Of a stretch of 64,000 bases of DNA, positions 36,577 to 50,045 are shown in pieces. The position numbers and the translations under genes were made by a program. Source of the stretch: Octopus vulgaris (Eukaryota). The stretch spans positions 136,338,001 to 136,402,000 of the forward strand of contig OX597815.1 of NCBI GenBank assembly GCA_951406725.2, given 5' to 3'. Position 1 is the first letter of the stretch; each line of letters opens with the position of its first letter. The notes beneath the pieces were generated by a model. The model ran no database searches, had not been told where the DNA came from, and saw only the letters and a list, made by a program, of their open reading frames with translations.

Positions 36577-39500
36577 TGTATATGTCATTTCATTTTTATA
36601 ATTCTTTCTTTGTTGACATTCTACTGGATATATATCGTATTTCTCATAAATATAGGCAAATTGAATTTATTGTATTTTTTATTAGTTTGAGTTCTTTTCT
36701 ACTTTAATTAGTATTGTTTCTAAGAATAACCACCCATATTTGCACGCGCGCTCGTATATAAATTTTTGTATCAGAATGTTATTACAAAAAGTTTTTCAGA
36801 TCTCTGCAACTATCTAAATATTTTGAACGATTTGATAAGAAAATAAGCAATTACTAAGTGCAAATAATTTTATGTTTCATTAAAGATAAAATTAACTGTT
36901 AATTTAAATAATGCTGCTGAAAATAGAAACTCTTTATTCACGTTTTTTATTACGCATTTAGTTTTTTTTTGTATCAAAACTGAATTCATATATTGGCAGC
37001 AATTGGAAACTAATGAGAAGCATCATTTTAAAATACAACGTATGTTTTCCACTCTCATCATGACGGTTTTTGGTGTTTTAAAAACAAGGAAAATTTTGTG
37101 AATTGAATATTTTGTAAATGGTATTTCAGCTTATAAATTATGTAAGTATTTCAAGATATATTACTTATCTGTATAGAAACTGAAGTGGATATTGAAACGG
37201 AGCAGGAAGATACTGAATATGCGTTTTCATAGACACGAAAATGTAGATTTTACAAAATTACATTTGTAAAGTATTATCGTGAATTGTAAGGTAAGTATTA
37301 ACATAATGAATGCAATAAAGGTCAGTAAACACATAAAATTTAACTTGCATGGTGAGGAAAAAAGACATTAATTCAATGGCTATGTTTTTGTTATTTTTTC
37401 AGCAATAGTGGACGCAGTTTGGTTTTGTTAAATCTATCCATCAAAGTGTAGGATTAACTGTAGTTGCTAAAGTAGTGATGTACAAACAAGATGTACATTG
37501 TTGTACAACAAAGAATCAGATATAAAAATATGTTATTTAAAAACTGTATTTCAAATCAGATATAGTCAGTGGGAAACATATGCATTTAGATGTTTTGCAA
37601 ATAATTCAACTCAGTCAAAATTTAAGCCGCGTATATCTTTTGTCCATTAACCAGTATGCATAAATGATATTCTTCGTAATATACACTGTCAGTGCGAAAT
37701 CATAGACATAACAGTTTTGTCTATTGTATCCGTTTTATATTTAGGTCAGGGAATAAATATTAGAGTAAAATAAAGTGTAGAAAATGCCCAATAAGAACAC
37801 GATTTCATCATTATGGAATGACACTGCTTCTAACGGTGAACCACCTCTTGTTATGATGCCTTATTACAGATTAATGAACTAAAGTATTGCAATATCATTT
37901 AGATTTTTCACTGTTCAGATCTAATTTGAAAATACATAAGCTGAGGGAAATTATTCAAATGAGCTAATGCCATGTATTTGAGCAAATGAACTAGGTGTGG
38001 TGTATTGAATGTCTTATAAAAATATTCATAGTTACTTAAAATAAACCTCTAAGCTAGATAAAGAAAATAAAACCTTGACGACAGTTGTTGGCAACGGTGA
38101 ATGTGAAGGGGAGATAACATATGTATAATCTTCATAATTAAAAAGTAAAACAAGTTAAATGAAATACTTCGAATGAAACAAAAGCATGGTTTGGAGTAAA
38201 TAAATTTATGTGGGGTGTATTAAATGGAATACAAAATATGTGCCATTTGATTCAATTTTTCCTCCAATTTGATAGCGAACAAAAGTTAACTGCCATTGTT
38301 TGTGACTCTGAATAAGGAAAATGATTTGCAGAAATTAAGAACAATCTCTCAAAGTTAATTAATCGACGAACATTCAATATTTGGACTTGGGCAAGGAATA
38401 AAATATGGATACATTTCGGTCTACTAGGCAACACACCACAGCACAATCTACCCAAATTGGTTATTTTTTCGCTACCTGGTCGACGCGATTTGCTTCTACT
38501 CGTATGTATATCATACGCTTACTATGGCGTAAGTCCTGTCTGTCTTTTATTTAATATTTATAATTACACTACAGAGATGTTAATGTTAATACATCTTTTG
38601 GTATTTTGTACATCTGAGGTCTCTTTGAATTTCTTTAATTTCTCTTTAAATAATACGAGATCTAAAGCATTTTCACTAAAATCAATTACTTTAATGTATG
38701 TTTAATGTTGTTTCTTATTGCGTGAAACACTGGAGTTAATATATAGATCTAATTACAAAAGCATTCTGATAGACCGCTCTAAAATATTGTACTCTACAGC
38801 ATTAAATGTATAACAGGGGTATCAATCTGACACAATCATCCACAATTTCAAAATGCTCTCTGAATGCTATGTCAAATGAGGTGATGTAAAATCCGATGCC
38901 CACAGTTGAATTATAATTTATACACTCTAGTAGCACATATTACCGGGAGGCGTGATAGTTTCTATAGAATGGAATGTATACAGCTACGAAAATATGAAAT
39001 AATTCTACTGATTAAAAACCTTGCGACATACTAGAAAATTACAGAATCCTAACCCTGCTATGTCAGCCTTCGAATACTCTAAAAGCTATATTATATAGAG
39101 TAATTGTCTTATTTATCAGAATTACGAGATGATTTTCTTAGACATTTTATATCTGTCCTATATCAACCATGTTGTTGTGCACTTAGATTTGGTACAATGT
39201 ATCTTATTACTGATTTCAGCAATTGATTATCTACTTCGCACTACAATAGGCAATCTTATCACATGTAATTAACTCACTGCAGTTAAAAAATTATCTTAAA
39301 CTAAACAAATTTCAGTTAGCGCAGATGGCAAGAATAAGCCATCAGCACATACTCTGAAACAGTTAGGTTGCCGAAGAAGTTCTTCTCCAGGATGCATAGA
39401 AGACAAATTCCTACACAAAACAGACTAATGATACCAGCACATATCGCGTAAGTACGTAAGATAATTATACACACATACACACACACACACGCGCACACAT

Positions 39501-39583
39501 ATACATAGAGGCATACATACAAATATAAATATATACATACACACTCAAATATATATGCATATATATGTATGTATGTATGTGTC

Positions 39584-39622
<39 letters not shown>

Positions 39623-39876
39623 AAGTATTCGTATGTTATATGTATACATATGTGTAGTTATGTTACTTTCTGTGTATATTCCACTGAGGAGGCAAAGCAT
39701 TTCTTATGCCAAGCCAGAAATCCAGGATCTGGAATTATCCAGTAATTTTTTGCTATTTTATTTTGTCCTTTGGTCTTCTCTCCTGTAGCTGTATAAACAT
39801 TTAATGTGGTTTTAGAATCAAGTTTCAGCTGCTATTTCCAGCCTGGTGGTATCTCTTAGCTACTCTAAATCATAAT

Positions 39877-39980
<104 letters not shown>

Positions 39981-40409
39981 TATGTGTGTGTGTATGTATT
40001 TGTGCACACGCGTGTTTGTATGTTGCGCATCATGTTTTCGAAGAAGGATGCGATTTTTCAACTGATACTCTGCAAGAACGGAGGTTGCAGCCGCACAGAT
40101 TACAGCAAACATGAGACTGAACTCGCCTATAAAACTCCACCCTGCGTTGGAGCTACGATAGTCTCAATATTTAAATTTTGTAAATACTTGTGATTCTATG
40201 ACAGCCCGCTGCAACGAAATATCTGTCGTTAACTTATGATCTATGACTCGTGTCATGACATAAGCTGAGAGAAAGCCACAACTCGCTCGTCGTTCTGGGA
40301 GTTGAACCTGTCTCGTTGATATTTAAATTAACATCGCGTAATCCACCGAAATTCCAGTTATCGTTTGCATCATATACATGCATAATACACAACATTGAAC
40401 GTGGACTTG

Positions 40410-40554
40410 TGTTACTCGCTTGACTGCGGCCACGCTTGAAAGGGTTTTATCCCAACAGATCGATGGCTTACGCTGAACACTTGAACACTTTAATTACTGA
40501 GAGAGAAATACACAACGCCGGCTATTAAGGTGTTAGGGGAAGAAAAACTCACCT

Positions 40555-40590
<36 letters not shown>

Positions 40591-40594
40591 CAAC

Positions 40595-40625
<31 letters not shown>

Positions 40626-40785
40626 TGTATGACAAGCTTCCTCCTTCCAGTCTATCAAAACTAAGAGTTTGGTCAGCCTGGGGTTATAGTAGAAGACACT
40701 TGCCAAACGAGCCACGCGGTGGTACTGAAACTGGAACCATGTGTTTGAGAAACAAACTTGTTACAACACAGCTACTTTTGCGCTT
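40410..40785 (-). mobile_element. tRNA-derived SINE (second family), diverged
   Basis: TTGGTCAGCCTGGGGTTATAGTAGAAGACACTTGCC...GGAACCATGTG, with internal (CA)n(TA)n as in the other copies. Confidence 0.75.
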
Positions 40786-40874
40786 ACATGTACACATTTA
40801 ATAAAATAAAGGTATATTCTTATGAAATATTGATTCCCTTTCATTATAATCAAGACGGCATTAACAAAGATGAT

Positions 40875-41205
40875 CGGGCCCCGCTTCGGTTACGATACTG
40901 ACCATGGGATTGCACCTAGAACGTTACCCTCCTAGTTACAAGTCTGGGCAAGGTGGTTTTATGGAAGACCAGCAGTCGCCCATGCATACCGGCCTCCCCT
41001 CTCTACGCGACCAGTGTTATCCAAGGGAAAGGCAGCAGGCGATACAGCTTGGCACCCGTGACGTCGCAACTAATTTCTACAGCTGGAGCAACGTGAAATA
41101 AAGTTTCTTGCTCTAGAACACAACACGCAACCCGGTCCGGGATTCGGGCTCACAACCGCACGATCGTAAGCTCGACGCTCTAACCACTGAGCCATGCGCC
41201 TTCAC
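40875..41205 (-). mobile_element. tRNA-derived SINE (third family) with 13-bp TSD
   Basis: Minus-strand head GTGAAGGCGCATGGCTCAGTGGTTAGAGCG...CGAATCCCGGACCGGG. TAACAAAGATGAT occurs at 40862-40874 and 41206-41218. Confidence 0.92.
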
Positions 41206-42669
41206 TAACAAAGATGATATGAAACAATAATATACATGGATCACTTAGAAGTGAAATCTCGGTATCAGCTCTAAAAATTGCTCCTTTTCTCCCCCAAAAT
41301 TCTTGCTATATATTTATGATCAGAATTTCAAATAGTCTGTTATTATGACAGAAGTGTACAAGATAGTATGGTGCATCGGTCTAACTGCATAATTTATTTC
41401 TATTTATTCAAGATGAATAACAATGATACATACCAGCCTGCAACGGAATCTAAAAAAACCACTATGTCGTTTGTAAACTACACATTTGTAATGTCGTTGG
41501 CCGAACGTATGAAATCAGTCGCCTTTCTTTATCTTTATTTCCATTACTGTGAGGACAGCTTTTAATTCTGGAGATAAAGATGCTGGAGATGATCTCCCAC
41601 GAGACTTTCCACAACGCAGTTTAGCTGATTCCGACTGAGAGAAAAAGAATCGACAGCGGTACTTGACACATACTGTATTTATTATCGGAGAAATGTTGAG
41701 AAGCACGTTGACCTCAGTGGAATTTTATCGCACAACACAAGATGTCAGGACAAATATTGTAATGCTCCCTACTATACACAGTAAACCCAAGAAATCCGCC
41801 GTCTATGAAGATGTTAATCTTCGTGATATAAAGAAAATACGACGTCAATGAGAATATTGATAGTGACGACGACTGTGTTGTCACTGCTGCTGCTGCTGCT
41901 ACTGATGATGATGATGTTAATGATGATGATGATGATGATGATGACGACGACGACAACGACAACGATGACGATATAGAAGTCAGTTCTTATAAAAATCATT
42001 CGTCATTTTTTTCTGCTGTAACATTAATTTTGTTGAAATATTTATATAGTCAGTAGACAGTTTTATTAACAGTCATAAAGTATAACTAATATCGAAACTG
42101 CCATGAAAGTGAAATACGGCAGTAGAGTTTGAAGTAAAAGCAGTAACGTAGGAAATTTTATATACGAAATGAGTATTTATTATATGATATCAAAATCTTC
42201 AGTGAAACATAAAACAAGTAGCTAACGATCGGGTTATTTTAACCTGAGCATATTCATGTATTATTTATGAGAGGAATAAGGAACTTGAGTTATTTTACAA
42301 ATGAATTTACGAGCGTTAGGTAATAACATCGAATTACAGTAAAGCAATACAGTCTTATGAAACAAACATTTTATATAATGATACAAAAGGAACTGTTGCA
42401 ATTCACATTGGATATTTCACATATTACGACATAATATACACAAAATACTAATTTAAAATGAGAAAAAAATACAGAAAAGTGACACCCAAGAAATTATTCG
42501 TCTCTAAATTATTGGATGCTTTCTAGTGTGTAAACATATGACCCAAATTATTTAGGTTCCGGAACCAAATACTCTGATGAAATCAATAGCCCATGTTTGT
42601 AACAATTATTATTTTTTGTATTGGGGGTGGTAATAACAAAGATAATAGTTATTGTTGTTGTTGTTGTTG

Positions 42670-42746
<77 letters not shown>

Positions 42747-42749
42747 TAC

Positions 42750-43060
42750 TTCTAATCTCTATGTTTGTTACAGTCACTTGCTGGGACACGCCCAGCGCCA
42801 TTGGGCGAGTGAGATATAAGGGATGTTGGAGTATGACTGAAAGCTTGGGGAGGGAACGTGGCAGGGGCAGTAGCGAAATATTTCGATGTAGCACAACACA
42901 GACAAATTGATAAGGTTTTTGTAAAGATATGGACAGTAATTGTCAGCACAATCTTTTCGATTTCTCTGAGACATGTTTTCCCTGAGATGTCTAGATGTTT
43001 CTGACATCCTTTTTTATCGTACTTAGGGCAATTTCTTATACATTTTCTTCTTCTTCTTGA
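42750..43060 (-). mobile_element. Dong-like 3' fragment with distinct 3' UTR
   Basis: LREIEKIVLTITVHIFTKTLS corresponds to EVQKIVLxGTAHILRKxLS. It lies between two (ATT)n tracts. Confidence 0.75.
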
Positions 43061-43092
43061 GGTTGTTATTGTTGTTGTAGTTGTTGTTATTA

Positions 43093-43183
<91 letters not shown>

Positions 43184-43205
43184 CATTATTATTATTATTA
43201 TCATT

Positions 43206-44575
43206 GAGTGAGAGAGCAGTGCATGCCATCAAATTGACACTAGGGTAAAATATACGAAGCCCAGTATACCCACCATGACTACCAGTGAACTAAAGTAACA
43301 CCTCATTTTTGAGCACCTTCCGGAGTATTCGAGCGGTTCCAAGAAGTGCTGTTTTCTGCGAGTGCTCCACACTTATTGCAGCCCCTGTTTGTTTCATGTA
43401 CTTCTTGAGATTTTTCCTCACTGCTCCCAATGTTCCGACAATTATTGGTACTACTGCTACCTTTTTCATTGATCAAGACTGCTTGACATCCCAAGCTAAC
43501 CTGTCATACCTCTCAACTTTTCTTTCTTCCTTATCGCATACCTTGTTGTCAGCTGGGCATGCTATATCTATGATCCAGTATAGTTTGGCTTCTTTCTCAA
43601 GACTATGTCCGACTTCTTATTCTCTATCTCATTGTCGCACTGAATCATAAAATCCCATAGGATCTTTGCAGTTCAATTTTCGACGATGCCTTCAGGTTTG
43701 TTGTCATACCAAGTTTTTGCTCTTTCAAGTCCATACTTGTTGCAAAGTGCCCAATGGACACGCCTGGCTATATTTACCTGGTATCTCTTATATTCCTTCT
43801 GGGCTAGTGGCGTACATTGGCTGGTAATATACCATACTTTTTCACCAATTTGTCCACAGATTCTGCACTTATCACTCTCTGCTGTGTTGTCTGTTCTGCA
43901 TTTTATGTAGTTTGTTCATAGTGCTTGCTCTTCGGCAGCACAGATTAGAGCCTCCGTTTCCGATTTCTGTCTTATCTTCAACATCCCTATGAAATTATCC
44001 ATGCATTCTTTTCTTTACCCATTAATTTTCAGTTTTATTCGTTTTCAATTTCTTGTATAGTGCTTTATCTTTGCAGTCTTTCATCCTCCACAAGTCAGAC
44101 CTTCTTATTTCTAATAATAGCAGTCCGGTGACATTTTTTACATACCATGGTATGTTGTTTTCTTCTGCTCTAATGCCGTGTTCGCATCCAATAATTCGCC
44201 TTCCCCCTCTTTTTCTTGGTACATACAGCCTGTCTGTCTCACTTTTTGTGTGGAGTGTCCCATATGTAGATAGCAAATTCCTAGTCTTTCTGTCTAAGCT
44301 GTTAAGTTCGTCTACTGTCTATGCTCCATATCTAAGGAGTGAAACCGCCTAGGTGTTGATAGCTTCGATCACATTCCGTCTGTTTAATTTCTACTTAAGG
44401 ATCAGTCTCAGTCTACTCAATTACTTCACCTTAAATTTTTCTGTCATTTCATCCTCCATCAATTTATCCATTTCCAGAATCACCACGTACTTATAACCCG
44501 TCTCTTCCCTCTGTTTCATAGTCTCCCCCTACGGTATCATTAACCCGTCCATACATTTGATTTTGCCTCTCTTCA
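43206..44575 (-). mobile_element. Dong family C, 5'-truncated, decayed
   Basis: DRLYVPRKRGGR, ETEALICA, CRIC, IIDIACP, PIIVGTLG and LQKTALLGTARILRKVL, then a ~100-nt 3' UTR (43206-43302) and an (ATT)n tail. Confidence 0.9.
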
Positions 44576-44643
<68 letters not shown>

Positions 44644-44644
44644 G

Positions 44645-45570
44645 TTTTTTCTTTCTTTTTTCAAATGTTCTTCCGTTTCTCGCCGAGTGTTTTCCATACA
44701 CATAGGGCAGAGAAGCTCATTGTATGCACTCCCAGATTACACACGCAAATTCTCAGATAAAATATGTATTTAAAAATTAATAAATAAATAAATTCATGGA
44801 TGGATGTTGTTTTCACAGCGATAGTGCTCTTCTCAGTACATGAGCCGTTCCAGTTAATACGATTTTTTGCACTTCCTGTAGGGATGGTAAGCCTGGAATC
44901 ATTTTCAAATAGGTTTCAGTACCTTTTTTTATCATTCCTAGAGATCCTGCAATCACTGGTACTGTAGTCGCCTTGAGATGCCACGTTTTTAAAATTTCTA
45001 TTAGCAGGTCTTTATATTTACTAATCTTGTCAAATTCTTTCGCCGCTATATTGTGATCGCAAGGGATACTCATGTCAATTAATAAACACATCTTTTTTGT
45101 CTGATCTTTTATAATAATTTCCGGTTCTTTAGCTTTTATAGTCTTGTCGGTCTGCACGGGGAAGTCCCATAGAATCGACACATTTTCTCCCTCAGTCACA
45201 GCTTCAGGATGGTGTTTATACCATTTGTCAGCGACATATTGTCCAATGTAAATACTGGACGACTTTGTCATGTCTTGTTTTATATTCTGCAGGTGATAAG
45301 ACTCTACACCCTGAGATTAGGTGTTCTATTGTTTCAATATCATCGTTACAGAATCGGCATTTTGGGTCAGCCCCATTTTTCATCACATTGGCTTGGTAGT
45401 TCCGGGTTAATAAGCTTTGGTCTTGAGCAGCTAATATGAAACCTTCATTCTCTGCTTTTAGCCCTGAGCTTCGTAACCATTGGTGCGTGTGTTTCTGGTC
45501 GACATCAGCTTGTTTGCTATGGGTCGCATACTTGCCATGGAGAGGTTTCTGTTCCCATCTGCTAGCTAAA
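44645..45570 (-). mobile_element. Dong family B-related copy, 5'-truncated
   Basis: RWEQKPLHGKY, CRFC..EHLISGC, RHDKV and LQEVQKIVLTGTAHVLRRALSL. The 3' UTR is related to 26457-26635. There is an internal deletion/frameshift near 45235. Confidence 0.92.
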
Positions 45571-45872
45571 TTATCATTATTATTATCATTATTACATGTG
45601 TGGTGGATCAACAAGTTCACTAGAACATCGAGCGAAATGACATGTGCTGTTTGTTTTAAACTTGCATTGCCAGTTTAAATCCTGCCTAGATCCACGTTGC
45701 ATTTCATCCTTCTGCATTTTGAATTAATATAATAAAGTATTACTGAAGTACTAGAATTAAAGGTAGCCACTAACTCCGCCCTTCCCAATTCCTCTAACAT
45801 GATAGGGTGACTGACATTACCTCTTTCACATATTCATTATCAGCTGTTTATTACTTTTCTGTCTGTTCCTGT

Positions 45873-45915
45873 GTCGTTGTTGTTGTTGCTGTTGCTGCTG
45901 CTGCTGCTGCTGCTG

Positions 45916-45977
<62 letters not shown>

Positions 45978-45991
45978 GCTATTACTATTAC

Positions 45992-46033
<42 letters not shown>
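45873..46033. repeat. Compound trinucleotide microsatellite (GTT)(GCT)(ACT)(ATT)
   Basis: Direct reading; the unit changes stepwise by one base. Confidence 0.95.
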
Positions 46034-46034
<1 letters not shown>

Positions 46035-47679
46035 TGTTGGGTTTACTTATTCCTCTGTTGTTGATTATCAATACTCGGTGCTGTACACATCTTATAAAGT
46101 ATTCATTTGTTTGGTCCGTTCTCACATAATACGTCTGTGAATAGCATTGCTTTGATCAAGATTTGGCAATTTTACTGCCATACTTCCATGTGAGTTAATT
46201 TAACAACAAAATTAATACAGGTCATGTTTGTTCGTGAAAATCTTTCTGAAATTGTAAGAGACATTTCATAGCGAAGCAACTTTATTATGGCTTGTACAGA
46301 ATTTCAATAAATTTCATAAAGGTTTTCCTGATTATTTCATTCGGTGCATATCTTTTTGAACCATACATATAGCTTTTGGCGATTCAACATGTACGTTGTA
46401 AATACATTTCTTTCTTTCTTTCTTTCTTTCCTTTTCTTTCTTTCTTCCTTTCTTTCTTTCTTTCCCTCTCTCTATATATCTATTTATCAATCTGTCCTGC
46501 TATCTTTTTCACCTCCTCTATTTCTCTCCCTTCCTCTCTGTATATAAATATTCTTGTGCGTATTTGTCGTTGTGAGACTATTTGAACTGAAATCCTCTAA
46601 TTATCTAATATTTAGTTATGTGATACATATTAAAACGGGGAGGGCTCGCGTAAATATTCTGTTGCAGTCACTTTACGCTGATGACTAATTCCTAGGCTTT
46701 TCAGTTGAGCGTTTTAAATTCAAGTACAGACAACGTATACTATCTAATATGTAGAAAAGAGAGCTGCAAAAGTTTGATCTACTGGTGTTATGAATTCAAA
46801 TAATAAATAAATCTCCTTCTAAGAATGTATAAAATCTAAGACAAAAACATTGCAAGTAAGATAAATTTAATAACACTAGTCGGATAAAATTTCTTCTGCG
46901 TTGTCCAAATTCTCATCAAAACCTGAATATTACTGGAAATGCATTCCTTGCTTTTTGTCTGGATGGTCTTAGTTGATCAAATGTTTTATTCCATGTTGTG
47001 AAACACTGTCGCATTATTCATAACCTCTTATACAATATAGAACGTCTTTGAGTTGCTTATCTCACCACAAACTACAAACTACTTTCAGTTTTGAATTCAA
47101 TATACCATAATGACTTAAATTCTTTTATAAAACGTATGAATGTCACACAATCTATATTTATTTTCAAATATAAACGCATATAGTGTATCTACTGTAAAAA
47201 AAAAATTCAATAATTATTTGGCTATAAAGAAATGTCATTTCATTTAAAAGATAATGAATACTGTTATACGAAATAAACTTATAAAATGAAGAAACTATAA
47301 AACTGATCACAAAACAAAATGCGACAGTTTCTTAGACCAAGCAGAAATATTTTCCAAGTTCACAAATTAAAGCCGCATGTAACTTATACATAACACGTAT
47401 ATCTTTTATTTTTTATCTTATTTATTACTTGTTTCAGCTATTCGGACTATGGGTATGCTGCAGCAGCGCCTTTGGTTGAACGAATTGGTTCAGTGGTTAT
47501 TGTATTTAACGTTGATACTTATCCGCTAGCTCTCTTTTTCTTGCATATACAGTCAAGGATGGTCGAGTGACAGAATTGTTAGCGCGGCGAAAAACATACT
47601 GCGTGGCATTTTTTCAACACTTTTGCTGATGTTGTCTCCCCTGTTCAACCTTCAACGATATTTATATAGTTATTCCTTT

Positions 47680-47825
47680 ATCTGACGAATATAAGTTTTC
47701 TAAAATCTTTTCTAATACAGATGTGAATAATTTGGGTCATATGGTGTCTCCTTGTCTGACTCCTTTACCAACTTTGATATAAAATGCTTTGTTGTTTATG
47801 GTTGTTGCTGCAGTTCTACAATCAG
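47680..47825 (-). mobile_element. RTE-like RT fragment
   Basis: IKVGKGVRQGDTI*PKLF on the minus strand. Confidence 0.7.
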
Positions 47826-47899
47826 TGTACATATTATCTAATGAGTAATGATGCATCTACTTGGTGCATATTACTAAGTTGGCAATAAAATGTATACAG

Positions 47900-48175
47900 C
47901 TGCTTGGATGGAACCACATAGCTGTCAGAACGAAAGAACAGGAAATCATGATGGTCTTCGGGAGCACATACGCCCTCTACTGCTTAGATTACTGCTCCCA
48001 ACAGTGGAGTGTAAAATTAACGGCGGAACTGAAGCAATACAAATGCAACATATCAGCTACTGGGAAAGGCTGAAAAAATTAAAACTCTGTTACTTAGAAC
48101 GAAGCCGAGTAAGATATATAGTGATATACATCACGAACAGTTTGGAAGGACTTGTACAAACAGTAGAAGGGAGCG
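47900..48175 (+). mobile_element. CR1/L2-like LINE C-terminal fragment
   Basis: LDYCSQQWS and SYWERLKKLKLCYLERSRVRYIVIY..LEGLV. Confidence 0.75.
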
Positions 48176-48309
48176 CCACTGCTGATGATCGCAAACTCAT
48201 CAAGATACTGCAAAGGGTTGTATATACAAGAAAATATAAACATATGTATACATACACACACACACACATTCACAAACATATAATATATATAAATGTATGC
48301 ACATGTATG

Positions 48310-48356
<47 letters not shown>

Positions 48357-48385
48357 CAAAAGAAAAACAGGATGTAAAGGGTTTA

Positions 48386-48472
48386 GCGGTACATATGTTT
48401 CTGGCTTTATTGGACAGTTTATATCAATGCATAATTGATGTAACATGTATGTCAATAGCCTTCTTCAGCCGC
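48386..48472 (-). ncRNA. Minimal type I hammerhead ribozyme motif (mirror copy)
   Basis: The minus strand reads GCGG-CUGAAGA-[stem II]-GAA-ACAUAUGU-A-CCGC. Confidence 0.75.
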
Positions 48473-48551
48473 GCACAATTACCACACCAAAGACCTGTAT
48501 TACATCAAACCTGCTATATTGTAATACATGTCTTTGGTGTGGTAATTGTGC

Positions 48552-48636
48552 GCGGCTGAAGAAGGCTATTGACATACACGTTACATCAATTATGCATTGA
48601 TGTAAACTGTCCAATAAAGCCAGAAACATGTACCGC
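48552..48636 (+). ncRNA. Minimal type I hammerhead ribozyme motif
   Basis: GCGG-CUGAAGA-[long stem II]-GAA-ACAUGU-A-CCGC: 4-bp stem I, intact core, palindromic loopless stem III, predicted GUA cleavage after 48632. Confidence 0.75.
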
Positions 48637-48944
48637 TAAATCCTTTGCATCCTGTTTTTCTTTTGATAAATATACCCAATCACCTACACTACTAACTGGC
48701 ATATACAGGTGCTTACAGTTATCAAGTATTCACCCTGAATTATATATATAAATATGGGTGGTGCATACACGTAGGAATTTAGAAGCAAAAGGGAAAAGCA
48801 GTGAAAATGCTATAGAACTACAGTGTAATTGTTGCAGCCATTGACTACACTTTGCAACTACAGGCAAAACTCGAAGTAATGAGGGAGATAAAATTTTTCG
48901 GAATATCAATACATGTATGTGTATATTTACGTATATGTGCTTGG

Positions 48945-49003
<59 letters not shown>

Positions 49004-49329
49004 CGTGCATGTGCATGTAATAAAAGTTATAGATACACAGGCCAAACTAAGTTTACGACTGATGATAATAGTTCTATTCCCTCATTAATGCGTTCTTAAC
49101 AAAACTGAATAAAATTATTTTACTCTTTACAGTTTATGTAGAATTTTTTTCTCTTTCGAATGAGATAGGCATCTTTCTATAATTTGAATAATTTTAATGC
49201 ACACTTATATCAAATGATTACAAAATGTCGGTAACATAAGTCTAAGATCGTGCCAAGATTATGCAAATTCATAAACCAAATGGGTGGTCATAGGGCTGGT
49301 CGTACTGCATCGTATTGTTTCATAATTCA

Positions 49330-50045
49330 CTATGGGAAATCGTCGTAATATCAGCTCAGTTAATAGATCAAAGATCGTGCTGCTTCATCAGCAAAATGTG
49401 CCCTTCATCAACATTAGCAAGCAATTAGGATACAGCAAAACGGATTGTGTTGAGGCTCGAAGTTTTTAAAAGTCACTGGCCAATACAAAGATCAGCAAAT
49501 AATTCACGCCCCGACAAAAACAATAGTAGAGCGAATTCATAGGCTCTCCGAAGGTAACCGAATGCTAACAGCAGTGGACATTTGCAAGCAATTATCCGAT
49601 GAAACTGACATCGGCTTTACACTACAAACTGTTAGAAACCACCTAACAGAACTTGAACTGTTCTGCCAGATAGGTCGAGAAAAGCCGATCATATTTGAGA
49701 TGAACCAGCGGATCAAGTTTGCAAATAGCCAAAGTGAACAGACGGCCGAAGGCTGCTCAAAAGTTCTTTGGAACGATGAATCCCGCTACTACATCTTTGG
49801 ATCAGACGAAAAGCTTATGTTAGACACTGCCCAACTGAAGAATTCCATCCTAAGTGTGTAAACAAAAGGCGCAAGCGGAAGGTGGTGGGGTCATGGTGTG
49901 GGCCAATTGTTAAGGTTGAGGGCAGTCTAAAAGTGTAAGTTATCTACAATTAGTAACTAAAAATGTTCTGCCATATTTAAATAATCAAATGCCACCGCGA
50001 TATATTTTCCAGCAGGGCAATTAGCCCGTTCATAAGCCTAGGTCT
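49330..50045 (+). mobile_element. Decayed Tc1 transposase
   Basis: TVRNHL, KVLWNDESRYYIFGSD, GGGVMVW and YIFQQGN*PVHK. Confidence 0.85.

Larger units (their letters stand above)
48348..48674. repeat. Long foldback (~155-bp arms, 15-nt loop); probable inverted pseudo-LTRs of a Penelope-like element
   Basis: 48348-48504 is the near-perfect reverse complement of 48520-48674. Each arm carries a hammerhead motif. Confidence 0.93.
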
